Shown here: one piece after another, positions 1 to 9,083 of the stretch
Layout of the letters: every line of letters begins with the position of its first letter
Numbering within the stretch: the stretch's first letter is position 1
From: Anaerolineae bacterium
GTDB lineage: Bacteria > Chloroflexota > Anaerolineae > S140-20
Length of the DNA stretch: 64,000 nt
Direction: 5' to 3'
Assembly (NCBI GenBank): GCA_027021705.1
Contig: JALUTT010000099.1
Coordinates: forward strand, 1-64,000
Notes under the pieces: generated by a model
Told to the model about the DNA's origin: nothing
Database searches by the model: none
The model's input: the letters and a program-made list of their open reading frames with translations, nothing else
Translations under genes and position numbers: made by a program

Positions 1-125
1 TGCAGGTACTCCCTTTCCTCTTCTGTGAGACGAACTATGTATCTCTTGTTCATGGAACCACCTCCGAGAAGAATTGATTTCTCCCCGGAGTATAACTCAT
101 AAAATCAAGTTTGACAAGCCACTAG
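1..125 (-). mobile_element. Left end of an IS630-like insertion sequence; transposase 5' end at 53..<1, truncated by the window edge
   Basis: Minus-strand ATG at 53 after a GGAGG RBS reads MNKRYIVRLTEEEREYL, a typical IS630 HTH N-terminus. The end abuts CTAG (122-125) and contains a TTGTCA-17-TATACT promoter-like sequence. Confidence 0.6.
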
Positions 126-162
126 CGGCCTAGCGGCGGACTGAGGACTAGGGACCACCCGA

Positions 163-582
163 CTACCCCTCCCGGCACTGAGGACAGAGGCCGAAGAGTT
201 GCAGCCAGTGTCCTTGGACCCGGTAGCCCGTCTCCCGCTCGACCCGGGCGATTAGGTAGGAGAGGTCGTCGCCGGAGAACTCCACCGCCCGGTTGCACCG
301 CTGGCAGAGGATCAGGTGGACGTGGCCGGCCGAGGTGGGCGCGTAGGCGTGACAGCCATCCTCCCGGTGGACCCGCCGGACCAGGTCCAGCCCCTCCAGC
401 ACCTCCAGCGTCCGGTAGACGGTGACCAGCCCTAGGGAGGGATAGTAGCGCCGGCCCCGCTCGCGGAGTTCGGCGGGCGAGAGAGGCCGGGCCGACTCCG
501 CCAGGGCTCGCAGCACCGCCCGGCGCGGTGCGGTCACCCGGTAGCCGGCCTCCTGCAGACAAGCGATCCACTCCTGCTCCAT
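163..582 (-). CDS. Fur-family metal-responsive transcriptional regulator (Zur/Fur-like)
   Basis: T-x-PRRAVL, LVTVYRTL HTH, HVHLILCQRC and C-terminal CPQC motifs. Confidence 0.92.
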   Translation of the reverse strand: MEQEWIACLQEAGYRVTAPRRAVLRALAESARPLSPAELRERGRRYYPSLGLVTVYRTLEVLEGLDLVRRVHREDGCHAYAPTSAGHVHLILCQRCNRAVEFSGDDLSYLIARVERETGYRVQGHWLQLFGLCPQCREG

Positions 583-603
583 TCCCTTACGTCTGCCCTT
601 CTA

Positions 604-622
604 ACTGAAAAGACTTTTCAGT
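604..622. promoter_or_regulatory. Fur/Zur-type operator (9-1-9 palindrome)
   Basis: Perfect ACTGAAAAG-A-CTTTTCAGT between the promoter and start of the Fur-family gene. Confidence 0.8.
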
Positions 623-635
623 AAGCGCCCAAAAA

Positions 636-664
636 ATTATAATCGGCTTCTTCTTTTTTGTCAA
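636..664 (-). promoter_or_regulatory. Consensus sigma70 promoter of the Fur-family gene
   Basis: TTGACA-17 bp-TATAAT on the minus strand. Confidence 0.85.
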
Positions 665-682
665 GGACCTTCCTGCGCATCT

Positions 683-839
683 CCGGTGATTACCCATATC
701 TTTGGAGATAGGGAGACTGGCCGTCCACGAATGGGGCACGAATACACGAATTAAGGACCGCCTCATTCGTGCATTGGTGAGAAATTCGTGGACGGCCTGC
801 TACGGACCACTCTCTCGCTCCCTTGTGGGTAATCACCGG
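683..839. repeat. Dispersed palindromic element, family A (ACGAAT/ATTCGT core), copy 1
   Basis: Internal palindrome ccgtccacgaat...attcgtggacgg; outer 14-bp inverted repeat 683-696/826-839; inverted near-identical copy at 46651-46780. Confidence 0.85.
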
Positions 840-851
840 TGCGTATCTCCC

Positions 852-880
852 TTGCAGTTCCCTTCCCTTGCGGGTATAAT
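852..880 (+). promoter_or_regulatory. sigma70-type promoter
   Basis: TTGCAG-17 bp-TATAAT upstream of the 1027 gene. Confidence 0.65.
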
Positions 881-1026
881 TACAGAACCTTACGTTGGCC
901 TGCCGGTCTCTGCGCCGACGCCTTCCGCTCCACCAGAGAGTAGACCTAGAGAGACGCGATCGGCTGCTGGGGCCTGCTGGAGAGCCCGCCACTCCGGCCG
1001 GAGGGCACCCGATAGGAGGGGGGATT

Positions 1027-1944
1027 GTGAAGCGCCTGCCCGTTGTTCTCCTGCTAACGCTGGCGACGACCGCGCTGCTGGCCCGGCCCGCCACCGGCCA
1101 GACCGCCCTGGTCGTCCAACTGGGGCCAGACTATGGGATGAGCCTGGGGGTGATCACGCCCCAGCCGGATACCTGGCCCACCGATCACAGCACGACCATT
1201 TTGCCTTTCGGCAACTACCTAGGGCCGAAGACGGGACAGCCCGTCTACAGCCGGGCTTACCTGGCCTTCCCGCTGAACGAGCTTCCCGCCGGCGCGGTGG
1301 TTCAACAGGCCACGCTGGAGCTCTACGTGGACGACTGGCCCTTTGAGGGCAGCGCCACGCTGGGGGTCTATCAGGTGACGGCGGCCTGGGATGAGACGAT
1401 GGATTGGGCAGGGCGGGCCCCGCTGGCAACGCCGGCCCTGGCAGCGACCACCGTCTCCTCCACGGCGGGCTGGTACGCCTGGGACGTCACAGCGCTGGTA
1501 CAAGGCTGGGTCAACGGGGCGCCCAACTACGGGCTGGCCTTGGCCGCTTATCCCGATCCCGACGCCGCACCCGATGCCACGGGTTGGGCCGCAGCGGCCC
1601 AGGGCCGGGCGGGGAGCGATCCCACCTTGGCTCCACGCCTGACCATCGTCTACGCGCTGGCCCAGACCCCCACGCCGACGCCTCCGGCGCCACCGCCGAC
1701 CCAGCCGCCGCCAACCCCTACGCCATCAGGACCGCCGCCCACCCAGCCTCCACCGACGGCCACCCCGGAAGTGGGACCCACCCCGGCCCTCCTCCCCATC
1801 TCAGGCGGGGGCCAACCGGCCTCATCCCTGCCGCTCTGGCTGTTCGGCGGCGCGGCCCTGGTTCTGGTGGCATGGCTGGTATCGCACAAGAGGCAGCAGG
1901 CAACCCAAGGGGCACAACACGGGACACGAAATACCCCACGATGA
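1027..1944 (+). CDS. Secreted DNRLRE-like domain protein with Pro/Thr linker and LPxSG + TM anchor
   Basis: GTG after AGGAGG; signal peptide; RAYLAF, ATLELY, WYAWDVTALVQGW..NYGLAL and PRLTIVY motifs; PT-rich linker; LPISG, hydrophobic helix, basic tail. Confidence 0.7.
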   Translation: MKRLPVVLLLTLATTALLARPATGQTALVVQLGPDYGMSLGVITPQPDTWPTDHSTTILPFGNYLGPKTGQPVYSRAYLAFPLNELPAGAVVQQATLELYVDDWPFEGSATLGVYQVTAAWDETMDWAGRAPLATPALAATTVSSTAGWYAWDVTALVQGWVNGAPNYGLALAAYPDPDAAPDATGWAAAAQGRAGSDPTLAPRLTIVYALAQTPTPTPPAPPPTQPPPTPTPSGPPPTQPPPTATPEVGPTPALLPISGGGQPASSLPLWLFGGAALVLVAWLVSHKRQQATQGAQHGTRNTPR

Positions 1945-2654
1945 AAGAGCGTTTGCAGAAGATCCTGGCGCGGGCCGGCTACGGTTCGCGCCGGGCCTGT
2001 GAGGAACTGATCGCCCAGGGGCGGGTTACCGTTAATGGCAGGGTCGCCCGCCTGGGGGACAAGGCGGACCCCTACAAGGACGAGATCCGGGTGGATGGCG
2101 AGCGCGTCCGCAAGCTGGAACGCCCTCTCTACATCGCCCTCTACAAGCCCCGAGGCGTCCTCTCCGACGTCGAAAAGGGGCGCAAAAGTGTGCTCGACCT
2201 GGTGCCCGTCGAGGGGCGCGTCTACCCGGTAGGCCGGCTGGACGTGACCAGTGAGGGGCTGATGCTGCTGACCAACGATGGGGACCTGGCCCACCGGCTG
2301 ACCCATCCCCGCTACGGCCACGAGAAGGAGTACCACGTGCTGGTGGAAGGCCACCCCTCGGAGAAAACACTGGAGAAGTGGCGTCGGGGGGTCTACCTGG
2401 AGGGGCGGCGGACGCGGCCGGCCACCGTCGAGGTGATGAAGCCGGAGAAGGACGCCACCTGGCTACGGGTGGTGATGCGGGAGGGACGCAAGCGGCAGAT
2501 CCGCCGCATTGCAGCGATGCTGGGCCATCCCGTCCGCCGGCTCATCCGGGTGCGCATCGGTCCCCTGGAGCTGGGGACGATGAAACCGGGCCAGTGGCGA
2601 TACCTGCGGCCCCGGGAGGTCCAGGCCCTGCGCCGGCTGGTCCGCGAGCGGTAG
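1941..2654 (+). CDS. rluB: 23S rRNA pseudouridine synthase (RluB/RsuA family)
   Basis: MKERLQKILARAG..SRR S4 domain, GRLD catalytic motif, EGRKRQIRR. Confidence 0.88.
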   Translation: MKERLQKILARAGYGSRRACEELIAQGRVTVNGRVARLGDKADPYKDEIRVDGERVRKLERPLYIALYKPRGVLSDVEKGRKSVLDLVPVEGRVYPVGRLDVTSEGLMLLTNDGDLAHRLTHPRYGHEKEYHVLVEGHPSEKTLEKWRRGVYLEGRRTRPATVEVMKPEKDATWLRVVMREGRKRQIRRIAAMLGHPVRRLIRVRIGPLELGTMKPGQWRYLRPREVQALRRLVRER

Positions 2655-2658
2655 GACT

Positions 2659-3387
2659 ATGGGCAAACCGACAACCATCGCCATTGACGGGCCGGCGGCC
2701 TCCGGCAAGAGCACCATCGGCAGCGCCCTGGCCCAACGACTGGGATACCTTTACTTCGACACCGGTGTTCTCTACCGAGCGGTGACCTGGGCGGCCCTAC
2801 GGCGGGGCCTGGAGATCACCGACGAAGCCGCCATCACCGCCCTGGCCCGCTCCCTGCGCATTGACGTGCTGCCGCCCACCAAGGACGATGGCCGACAGTA
2901 CACCGTCTTCGCCGACGGTCAGGACATCACCTGGGCAATCCGTCAGCCGGAGGTGGATGCCGCCGTCTCCCCCGTCTCCGCCTACCCCGGCGTGCGGGAG
3001 GCCCTGCGGGAACAGCAACGGCGTATCGCCCGCCAAGGGCGGGTCGTGATGGTGGGGCGGGACATCGGCACTGTGGTGATGCCCGACGCCGAACTGAAGA
3101 TCTATCTGGACGCCCGCGTGGAGGAGCGGGCAGCCCGGCGCTATCGAGAGATCGTCGCCCGAGGGGAACCGGCCAGCTACCAGACCATCCTGGAAGCGAT
3201 GCGACGCCGGGACCAGATAGACTCCCGACGGGCTGTCGCCCCGCTGCGCCCCGCCGAGGATGCCATCATCGTGGACACCACCGATCTCTCCGTCGAAGAG
3301 GTGCTGGACCTGGTGGAGGGGCTTGTGCGGGAGCGGGAGACCCAGGGACCCGACGGGCGAGGCAAACGCACCCCCCTTCGACCGTGA
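2659..3387 (+). CDS. cmk: Cytidylate kinase
   Basis: IAIDGPAASGKST, DTG..YRA, GRDIGTVV.PDA. Confidence 0.95.
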   Translation: MGKPTTIAIDGPAASGKSTIGSALAQRLGYLYFDTGVLYRAVTWAALRRGLEITDEAAITALARSLRIDVLPPTKDDGRQYTVFADGQDITWAIRQPEVDAAVSPVSAYPGVREALREQQRRIARQGRVVMVGRDIGTVVMPDAELKIYLDARVEERAARRYREIVARGEPASYQTILEAMRRRDQIDSRRAVAPLRPAEDAIIVDTTDLSVEEVLDLVEGLVRERETQGPDGRGKRTPLRP

Positions 3388-3402
3388 CGAAGCGAGGAGA
3401 CG

Positions 3403-4164
3403 ATGATCGAGGGCAAACCTTTCACCCCGACCTTGGGGCAACGGTCGGCATCGGACCGCAGCAGCGCCTGGGTCCACCGCAAAGGATGGCTCCAGCGGCT
3501 CTACACCTTCCTGCTCAAGAGGGTTATCTATCCGCTGCTCCTGCGGCTGGAGGTCGAGGGGATGGAACGGATTCCCGGCAAGGGGCCGGCCATCCTGGCG
3601 ATGAACCACATCAGCTTCCTCGATCCGGTGCTGATGGTCAGCCTGCCGGAGCGCAAGGTGGTGGCGATGGCCAAGGCGGAGAACATGGCTCACCCGATCC
3701 TGGGCCGCCTCTCCCGTGCCTTCGACGCCTTCCCGGTGCGGCGGGGGGAGGTGGACCGGCGGGCGCTGCGCACGGCGATGGAGGTGCTCCAGGCCGGTGG
3801 CCTGCTCCTGATCGCGCCGGAGGGAACGCGCAGCCCCACCGGCCAGCTCCAGCAGGGACGGGATGGGCTGGCCTTCATCGCCACCCGCGCCCGGGTGCCC
3901 ATCGTGCCGGTGGGCATTGACGGTAGCGACCGGTTTAAAGTCAACATCCGGCGGCTGCGTCGCACGCCCGTGCGCGTCGTCTTCGGTGAGCCCTTCTCCT
4001 TGGAGACGGAAGGACGGGCGGACCGGGCAGCCCTGGCTCGGATGACCGACGAGGTGATGCGCCACATCGCCCGTCTCTTGCCCCCAGAACGGCGGGGGGT
4101 TTACCGAGATTCCCTTGAGCGCCTATCCGCTCCAGACACGCCGGGGGCCGAGAAGAGACCGTGA
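3403..4164 (+). CDS. plsC: 1-acyl-sn-glycerol-3-phosphate acyltransferase
   Basis: NHISFLD, PEGTRS, PIVPVGI motifs. Confidence 0.88.
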   Translation: MIEGKPFTPTLGQRSASDRSSAWVHRKGWLQRLYTFLLKRVIYPLLLRLEVEGMERIPGKGPAILAMNHISFLDPVLMVSLPERKVVAMAKAENMAHPILGRLSRAFDAFPVRRGEVDRRALRTAMEVLQAGGLLLIAPEGTRSPTGQLQQGRDGLAFIATRARVPIVPVGIDGSDRFKVNIRRLRRTPVRVVFGEPFSLETEGRADRAALARMTDEVMRHIARLLPPERRGVYRDSLERLSAPDTPGAEKRP

Positions 4165-4248
4165 AGCGTCGCAAGCGGCACATCAAGAGCCTACTCGAGA
4201 GTTCCTGCTAGGGACTGGGGGGCAATAGAGCGAACGTTGTGAAAAGCT

Positions 4249-5817
4249 ATGACCGGCTACGACCTGCACCACGACCCCGAAACCGAACTGGAGGTCCTGA
4301 TCCGGGCCCGCTATCCGCTCCTCTACATCGTCTCCTGGGAGGAGGAGCGGATCGAGGCGGCGCTGCGCCGGGTGGCCGCCCGCCGGCGCAAACGCCTCTT
4401 CGCCTGGACCCTCACCGAGGGCGTTGTGGCCATTGACACCCCCCAGCCGGTCCGGGTGGACCCGGGGGCCCTCACCCCGATGCAGGCCCTGGAGCACGTG
4501 GAGGGCTCTCGGGAAGCGGCCCTCTTCCTCCTGAAGGACTTCCACCCCTTCCTGGGAGGCGGCCAGGCGCTGGAGAACGTCCGCCTCATCCGCAAGCTGC
4601 GGGACCTGGCCCGCCGCCTGAAGCGGTGGGAGAAGACGGTCATCTTCCTCTCCCCCCTCCTGCGGCTCCCGCCGGAACTGGAGCGGGAGGTGACCGTCCT
4701 GGACTGGTCCCTGCCCACGATGGCCGACTTGGAGGAAGCGCTGGAACGGGTGATCCGCTCCGCCCGCGTGCGGGGTGACCTGCGGCTGAATTTGGACGAG
4801 GCGACGCGGGAACGCATCCTCAAGGCGGCCCAGGGGCTGACCATCAGCGAGGCGGAGCGCGTCTTCGCCCGCTCGGTGGTGATGACCCGAGACCTGGATG
4901 TCGAGGTGATCATCGCCGAGAAGCAGCAGATCATCCGCAAGTCGGGCATCCTGGAGTACCTGGAGCCCCAGGAGCGGATGGAGTACGTGGGAGGGCTGTC
5001 GGAACTGAAGGACTGGCTGAACAAGCGCCGGCTGGCCTTCACCGAGGAGGCCCGCCGCTTCGGCCTGCCGGAGCCCCGGGGCGTGCTGCTCCTGGGGGTG
5101 CCGGGGGGCGGCAAGTCGCTCATCGCCAAGGCGACGGCCAGCCTGTGGCAACTGCCCTTGCTGCGGCTGGACATGGGCCGGGTCTTCGACCAGATGGTCG
5201 GCTCCTCCGAGGAGAACATCCGCCGGGCCCTCCACCTGGCCGAGCGGGTCAGTCCGGCCATCCTCTGGATGGACGAACTGGAGAAAGGGCTGGCCGGTAC
5301 CGCCAGCTCCCACCTTTCCGATGCGGGGACGGCGGCCCGGGTCTTCAGCAGCTTCCTCGTCTGGCTCCAGGAGAAGACCGCCCCCGTTTTCGTCGTCGCC
5401 ACCAGCAACGACATCAGCCTGTTGCCGCCGGAGATCCTGCGCAAGGGCCGCTTCGACGAGATCTTCTTCGTGGACCTGCCCGACCAGGAGGAGCGCCGGG
5501 AAATCTTTGCCATCCACCTGGCCCGCCGCCGGCGGGATCCGGCCCGCTTCGACCTGGTGCGGCTGGCCCAGGAGAGCGAGGGGTTCAGCGGGGCCGAGAT
5601 CGAGCAGGTGGTCATCTCCGCCCTCTACGACGCCTTCGAGGGGGGCCGGGAGCTGACCGAGGAAGACCTGCTGCGCAACATCGCCCACACCGTCCCCCTC
5701 TCCCAGGTGATGCGGGAGCGGGTGACGGCGCTGCGCAACTGGGCCTACACCCACGCCCGGATGGCCTCGGGACGCCGGCCCGTGCCCACCGGCGTCGGCC
5801 CTTCTTCCTTGTACTGA
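4249..5817 (+). CDS. AAA+ ATPase, Ycf46-like
   Basis: Degenerate N-terminal AAA (LKDFHPF), GVPGGGKS Walker A, WMDELEK Walker B, PPEILRKGRFDEIFFVDLP. Confidence 0.88.
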   Translation: MTGYDLHHDPETELEVLIRARYPLLYIVSWEEERIEAALRRVAARRRKRLFAWTLTEGVVAIDTPQPVRVDPGALTPMQALEHVEGSREAALFLLKDFHPFLGGGQALENVRLIRKLRDLARRLKRWEKTVIFLSPLLRLPPELEREVTVLDWSLPTMADLEEALERVIRSARVRGDLRLNLDEATRERILKAAQGLTISEAERVFARSVVMTRDLDVEVIIAEKQQIIRKSGILEYLEPQERMEYVGGLSELKDWLNKRRLAFTEEARRFGLPEPRGVLLLGVPGGGKSLIAKATASLWQLPLLRLDMGRVFDQMVGSSEENIRRALHLAERVSPAILWMDELEKGLAGTASSHLSDAGTAARVFSSFLVWLQEKTAPVFVVATSNDISLLPPEILRKGRFDEIFFVDLPDQEERREIFAIHLARRRRDPARFDLVRLAQESEGFSGAEIEQVVISALYDAFEGGRELTEEDLLRNIAHTVPLSQVMRERVTALRNWAYTHARMASGRRPVPTGVGPSSLY

Positions 5818-5862
5818 GTACTGAGCCCGTTCCGCCGGGCCTGTGGTCCGGCGGTCGGCCTG

Positions 5863-6234
5863 ATGGCGAACCTGCTGGCTTCCAGCTATCTGCGTGTGGC
5901 TCGGTACGTCTTCGACCATGGCGACTACCGGGAGGCGGCGGACCTGGCTTACAATGCTGCGGAAACGGCGGTCAAGGCCCTGCTGCTCCTGGAAATCGAG
6001 GAGTTGCCCAAGAGCCACCGGGGTGTTGTCAACCGCTTTGGCGATCTGTACATCCGAACGGGCCGGCTCCCCCGCTCGATGGGGCGGGACCTCCGTCTGG
6101 CGCCGGCAACCCGAAATCGGGCACGGTATGAGCCCGAGCAGGTGATCACCCGGCCTGAAGCGGAAGAGGTGCTCGGCCTGGCCGACAGGCTCTTGCAACA
6201 CGTGATGGAGTTCCGACAGGCGCTTTCGGAATGA
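5863..6234 (+). CDS. HEPN-domain protein (stand-alone)
   Basis: AYNAAETAVKALL, PKSH.G, RNRARY (RxxxxY) motifs. Confidence 0.8.
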   Translation: MANLLASSYLRVARYVFDHGDYREAADLAYNAAETAVKALLLLEIEELPKSHRGVVNRFGDLYIRTGRLPRSMGRDLRLAPATRNRARYEPEQVITRPEAEEVLGLADRLLQHVMEFRQALSE

Positions 6235-7319
6235 GCAGCCTATCTCGTCTCTACCAGAGCCATCCCCTCCTGTGGGATCGGCTGATCCCGGCGCTGGGAC
6301 TGGCTTTCCTCTTCGAGGTGCTGGTCCGGGCGACGGGGGCCTACCCGCCGGAGTGGCGCTATTTCCTGGCCTTGCTGCTCCTGCTGCTGGCGCTGGCCCG
6401 GCCTGGATGGGCCTACGCGGCCTTCGCCCTCCTGGCCGTCTACCCCCTTTACCGCCTTTCCCTCTACCTGGCGGCCTTGGGGGTGGCGGCCCTCATCTTC
6501 GCAGGCTGGGCCGCCCGGGAGCGGCTGGGTCCGGTGGTGCTGACGTTGAGCACTCCGTTGCTGGGGGCCGGCCACCTGGCGACGGCGGTGCCACTGCTGG
6601 CCGGCTTCTGGTGGGGCGAGGTCGCGGGCGCCCTGATCGGCGGGCTGGCCGCCCTCTGGTGGCAGACGTTGGCCGCCATCGCCGGCCGTCCGGTGGACGC
6701 CATCGCCCTGGAGGGCTGGTGGCCCTCCATCGAGCCGATGATGGCCCGCTTCCACACGGCCGGCTCCTGGCAGACGGTGCTGCGCCTGGGGCGGCCCTTC
6801 GCGCCCTCCTCTCAGGCGTTGTTGGGCCACCTGCTGATGGTGCTGGGATGGGCAGCGGCCGGCTACCTGGCGGGATGGCTCTCCAGCCGGGTGGAGAGCA
6901 CCATCCGCCGGCCGCGGTGGGCTCGGGGGCTGGCCCCCTTGCTGAGCGCCGGCCCGTCCATCCTCCTGCTTTGGGGAAGCTACGGACTGCCCTTGCTGGG
7001 GCTGGGAGCCCCTCCCGAGGCCATCGGGCTGACCTGGGAACGCTGGCAGCGCATGCTGCTCCTCCCCCTCTGGGCAGCGGTCCTGGTGGCCCTGGCCCTC
7101 CGCTTCCGGGCCTACCTGTGGCGCCCCCCGCTGGCCTCCCGCGAGGGGGGGCGAGAGAAGCGCACTCCCCGCCCTGCCGGAGGGCGGAGGGCCCGAGCTC
7201 CCCGCATTTCGGCCCCTAACGTGCCCCTGCCGGCGCGTCCTGGTGCCGATCTTCCGAAGCGTTCCCCCCCTTCCACCGGAGACGGCAGCGACGACATCAT
7301 CATGCTCGAGTTGGACTGA
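6231..7319 (+). CDS. Multi-pass membrane protein of unknown function
   Basis: Many hydrophobic helices; ATGA coupling to the HEPN gene; disordered tail ending DDIIMLELD. Confidence 0.7.
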   Translation: MSSLSRLYQSHPLLWDRLIPALGLAFLFEVLVRATGAYPPEWRYFLALLLLLLALARPGWAYAAFALLAVYPLYRLSLYLAALGVAALIFAGWAARERLGPVVLTLSTPLLGAGHLATAVPLLAGFWWGEVAGALIGGLAALWWQTLAAIAGRPVDAIALEGWWPSIEPMMARFHTAGSWQTVLRLGRPFAPSSQALLGHLLMVLGWAAAGYLAGWLSSRVESTIRRPRWARGLAPLLSAGPSILLLWGSYGLPLLGLGAPPEAIGLTWERWQRMLLLPLWAAVLVALALRFRAYLWRPPLASREGGREKRTPRPAGGRRARAPRISAPNVPLPARPGADLPKRSPPSTGDGSDDIIMLELD

Positions 7320-7325
7320 GGAACG

Positions 7326-9083
7326 ATGCGCACAAAAAGCTCCCTCGAAACACGCTCGGCGCGGTACGCTCAGGCCCGTGGCTCACGGGCGACCTCCCTG
7401 CTCTTCGTCCTAGCCGGAGGGGCCGTGTTGGCCATCCTGGTCTTCCTCTTCCCCCTCCAGTGGATCCGTCCGCCCAAGGTGGCCCTTTCCACCGAGCAGG
7501 CCGTCTTCTCCCCCAACGGCGACGGCACCTTGGACAGCGCGGTGATCCTCTACAGCCTCTCCGAGGAGGCGACCGTCTCCGTCGTGGTGCTGGACAAGGC
7601 CGGTATGGTCGTCCGCACCTTGACGGCCGAGGAGCTCCAGCCGGCCGGCCAGCACTCGGTCCTCTGGGACGGTCGGACCGACCGGGGCGGTGTGGTCACC
7701 GATGGCGAGTACATCGTCCGGGTGACGGCCCAGGGCGCAGCCCGCACGGCGACGGCCACCACGCCCATCCGGGTGGACACGGAGCCCCCCATCATCCGGC
7801 TGGCCAACCTGCCCGAGGAGACCAAGGTCGCCCAGGAAGAGATCGCCATTGAGGGTGTGACGGAGCCCGGCGCGACCCTGCGGCTCAACGACAACCCCCA
7901 GCCCATCCCCGTGGGAGCCGATGGCAGCTTCAGCCTGCGCCATCACCTGGTGGAGGGGGAGAACCGGATCGAGCTGACGGCGGTGGACGCAGCGGGGAAC
8001 GTGGCCTCTGTGGTGCGCAACGTGACGCTGGTCCTGCGCCCGCCGGAGATCATCGTGGACAACCCGCCGGACGGCGTCTGGATCAACCAGAAGCTCCTCA
8101 GCGTGCAGGGGCGGGTTTCGCCCGGGACGACGCTCCTGGTCAACGGGGAGCCGGTGGCCGTGGACGACGCCGGCCGTTTCAACGTGGACGTGCTGCTGGA
8201 GGAGGGGGATAACATCATCCGATTGGAAGCGACGGATGAGGTGGGCAACACCTCGGTGGTGGAGCGGTACGTGCGGGTGAAGACACAGCCGCCGGCCATC
8301 ACCCTCAGCTCGGTCCCCGAGGGGCTGGAGGTGCACGAACCCTCCCTCCTCGTCGTCGGCCAGACGGAGCCGGGGGCGACGGTGCTCCTCAACGACCAGC
8401 AGCTCACCGTGGACGCCCAGGGCAACTTCCAGGGGGTGGTCAACCTGCTGGAGGGCACCAACCTGGTCCGGGTGGAGGTGACAGACCGGGCCGGGAACTC
8501 GACGGTGACGACCCGGCGGGTGCGCTACACCATCGGCACGGAGCGCCCCACCGAGGCGATGCTGCGGCCCATCGCCCTCTCCGCCCTGGCCGGCGCCGCC
8601 TTCGTCCTGGCCCTCTGGATCCTGCTGGGAGGCTGGCTGGGGCCGACGTCGCTGGCCTTTGTCAGCGAGCAACCCCTCATCTCCTCGAACCCCTTTGGGG
8701 GCAGCGATGCCCGCTTCCGCCTCCACCTCTCCCGCTCGGCCAAGGTCACCGTTCGGGTCTGGAATGAGGCCGAGGAGGAGGTGGCGGTGCTGATGGACCG
8801 CCGGCGCTGGCATGCAGGCCAGCACGTGCTGGTCTGGGATGGGCGGGATGGACGGGGCAATCCGGTGCCCAACGGGACCTACGAGATCGAGGCCACCGCG
8901 TCCACCTTGCTCACCACCGTCACCAGCAGCCTGCGGGTGATCAAGACGGACCAGCCGATCACGGGGCTGTTGGTGCGGCGGGAGCAGCCGGCCCGTGCCG
9001 AGCTCGGCGCAGCCTCTCAGGAGCAACCGTCCGTTGAGGTGCGCTCTGGCGGAGAGGAGGAACAGCGAGGAGGCTTAATGTGA
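7326..9083 (+). CDS. Membrane-anchored protein with FlgD-Ig-like and three Ig-like repeats
   Basis: N-terminal TM; FSPNGDG and WDGR FlgD_ig motifs (WDGR also after a second TM); G.TEPGA..L.EG.N.I...A.D.AGN repeats. Confidence 0.78.
   Translation: MRTKSSLETRSARYAQARGSRATSLLFVLAGGAVLAILVFLFPLQWIRPPKVALSTEQAVFSPNGDGTLDSAVILYSLSEEATVSVVVLDKAGMVVRTLTAEELQPAGQHSVLWDGRTDRGGVVTDGEYIVRVTAQGAARTATATTPIRVDTEPPIIRLANLPEETKVAQEEIAIEGVTEPGATLRLNDNPQPIPVGADGSFSLRHHLVEGENRIELTAVDAAGNVASVVRNVTLVLRPPEIIVDNPPDGVWINQKLLSVQGRVSPGTTLLVNGEPVAVDDAGRFNVDVLLEEGDNIIRLEATDEVGNTSVVERYVRVKTQPPAITLSSVPEGLEVHEPSLLVVGQTEPGATVLLNDQQLTVDAQGNFQGVVNLLEGTNLVRVEVTDRAGNSTVTTRRVRYTIGTERPTEAMLRPIALSALAGAAFVLALWILLGGWLGPTSLAFVSEQPLISSNPFGGSDARFRLHLSRSAKVTVRVWNEAEEEVAVLMDRRRWHAGQHVLVWDGRDGRGNPVPNGTYEIEATASTLLTTVTSSLRVIKTDQPITGLLVRREQPARAELGAASQEQPSVEVRSGGEEEQRGGLM

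Noticed and set aside
881..1026. Possible riboswitch in the ~140-nt leader
   Set aside because: Only weak hairpins; no aptamer consensus recognised (an Rfam scan would be decisive)
702..1346. ORFs translating the family A element (also 46611-46835 and the 5' extension of 45101-46738)
   Set aside because: The shared peptide simply reflects the non-coding repeat; real starts with RBSs lie downstream
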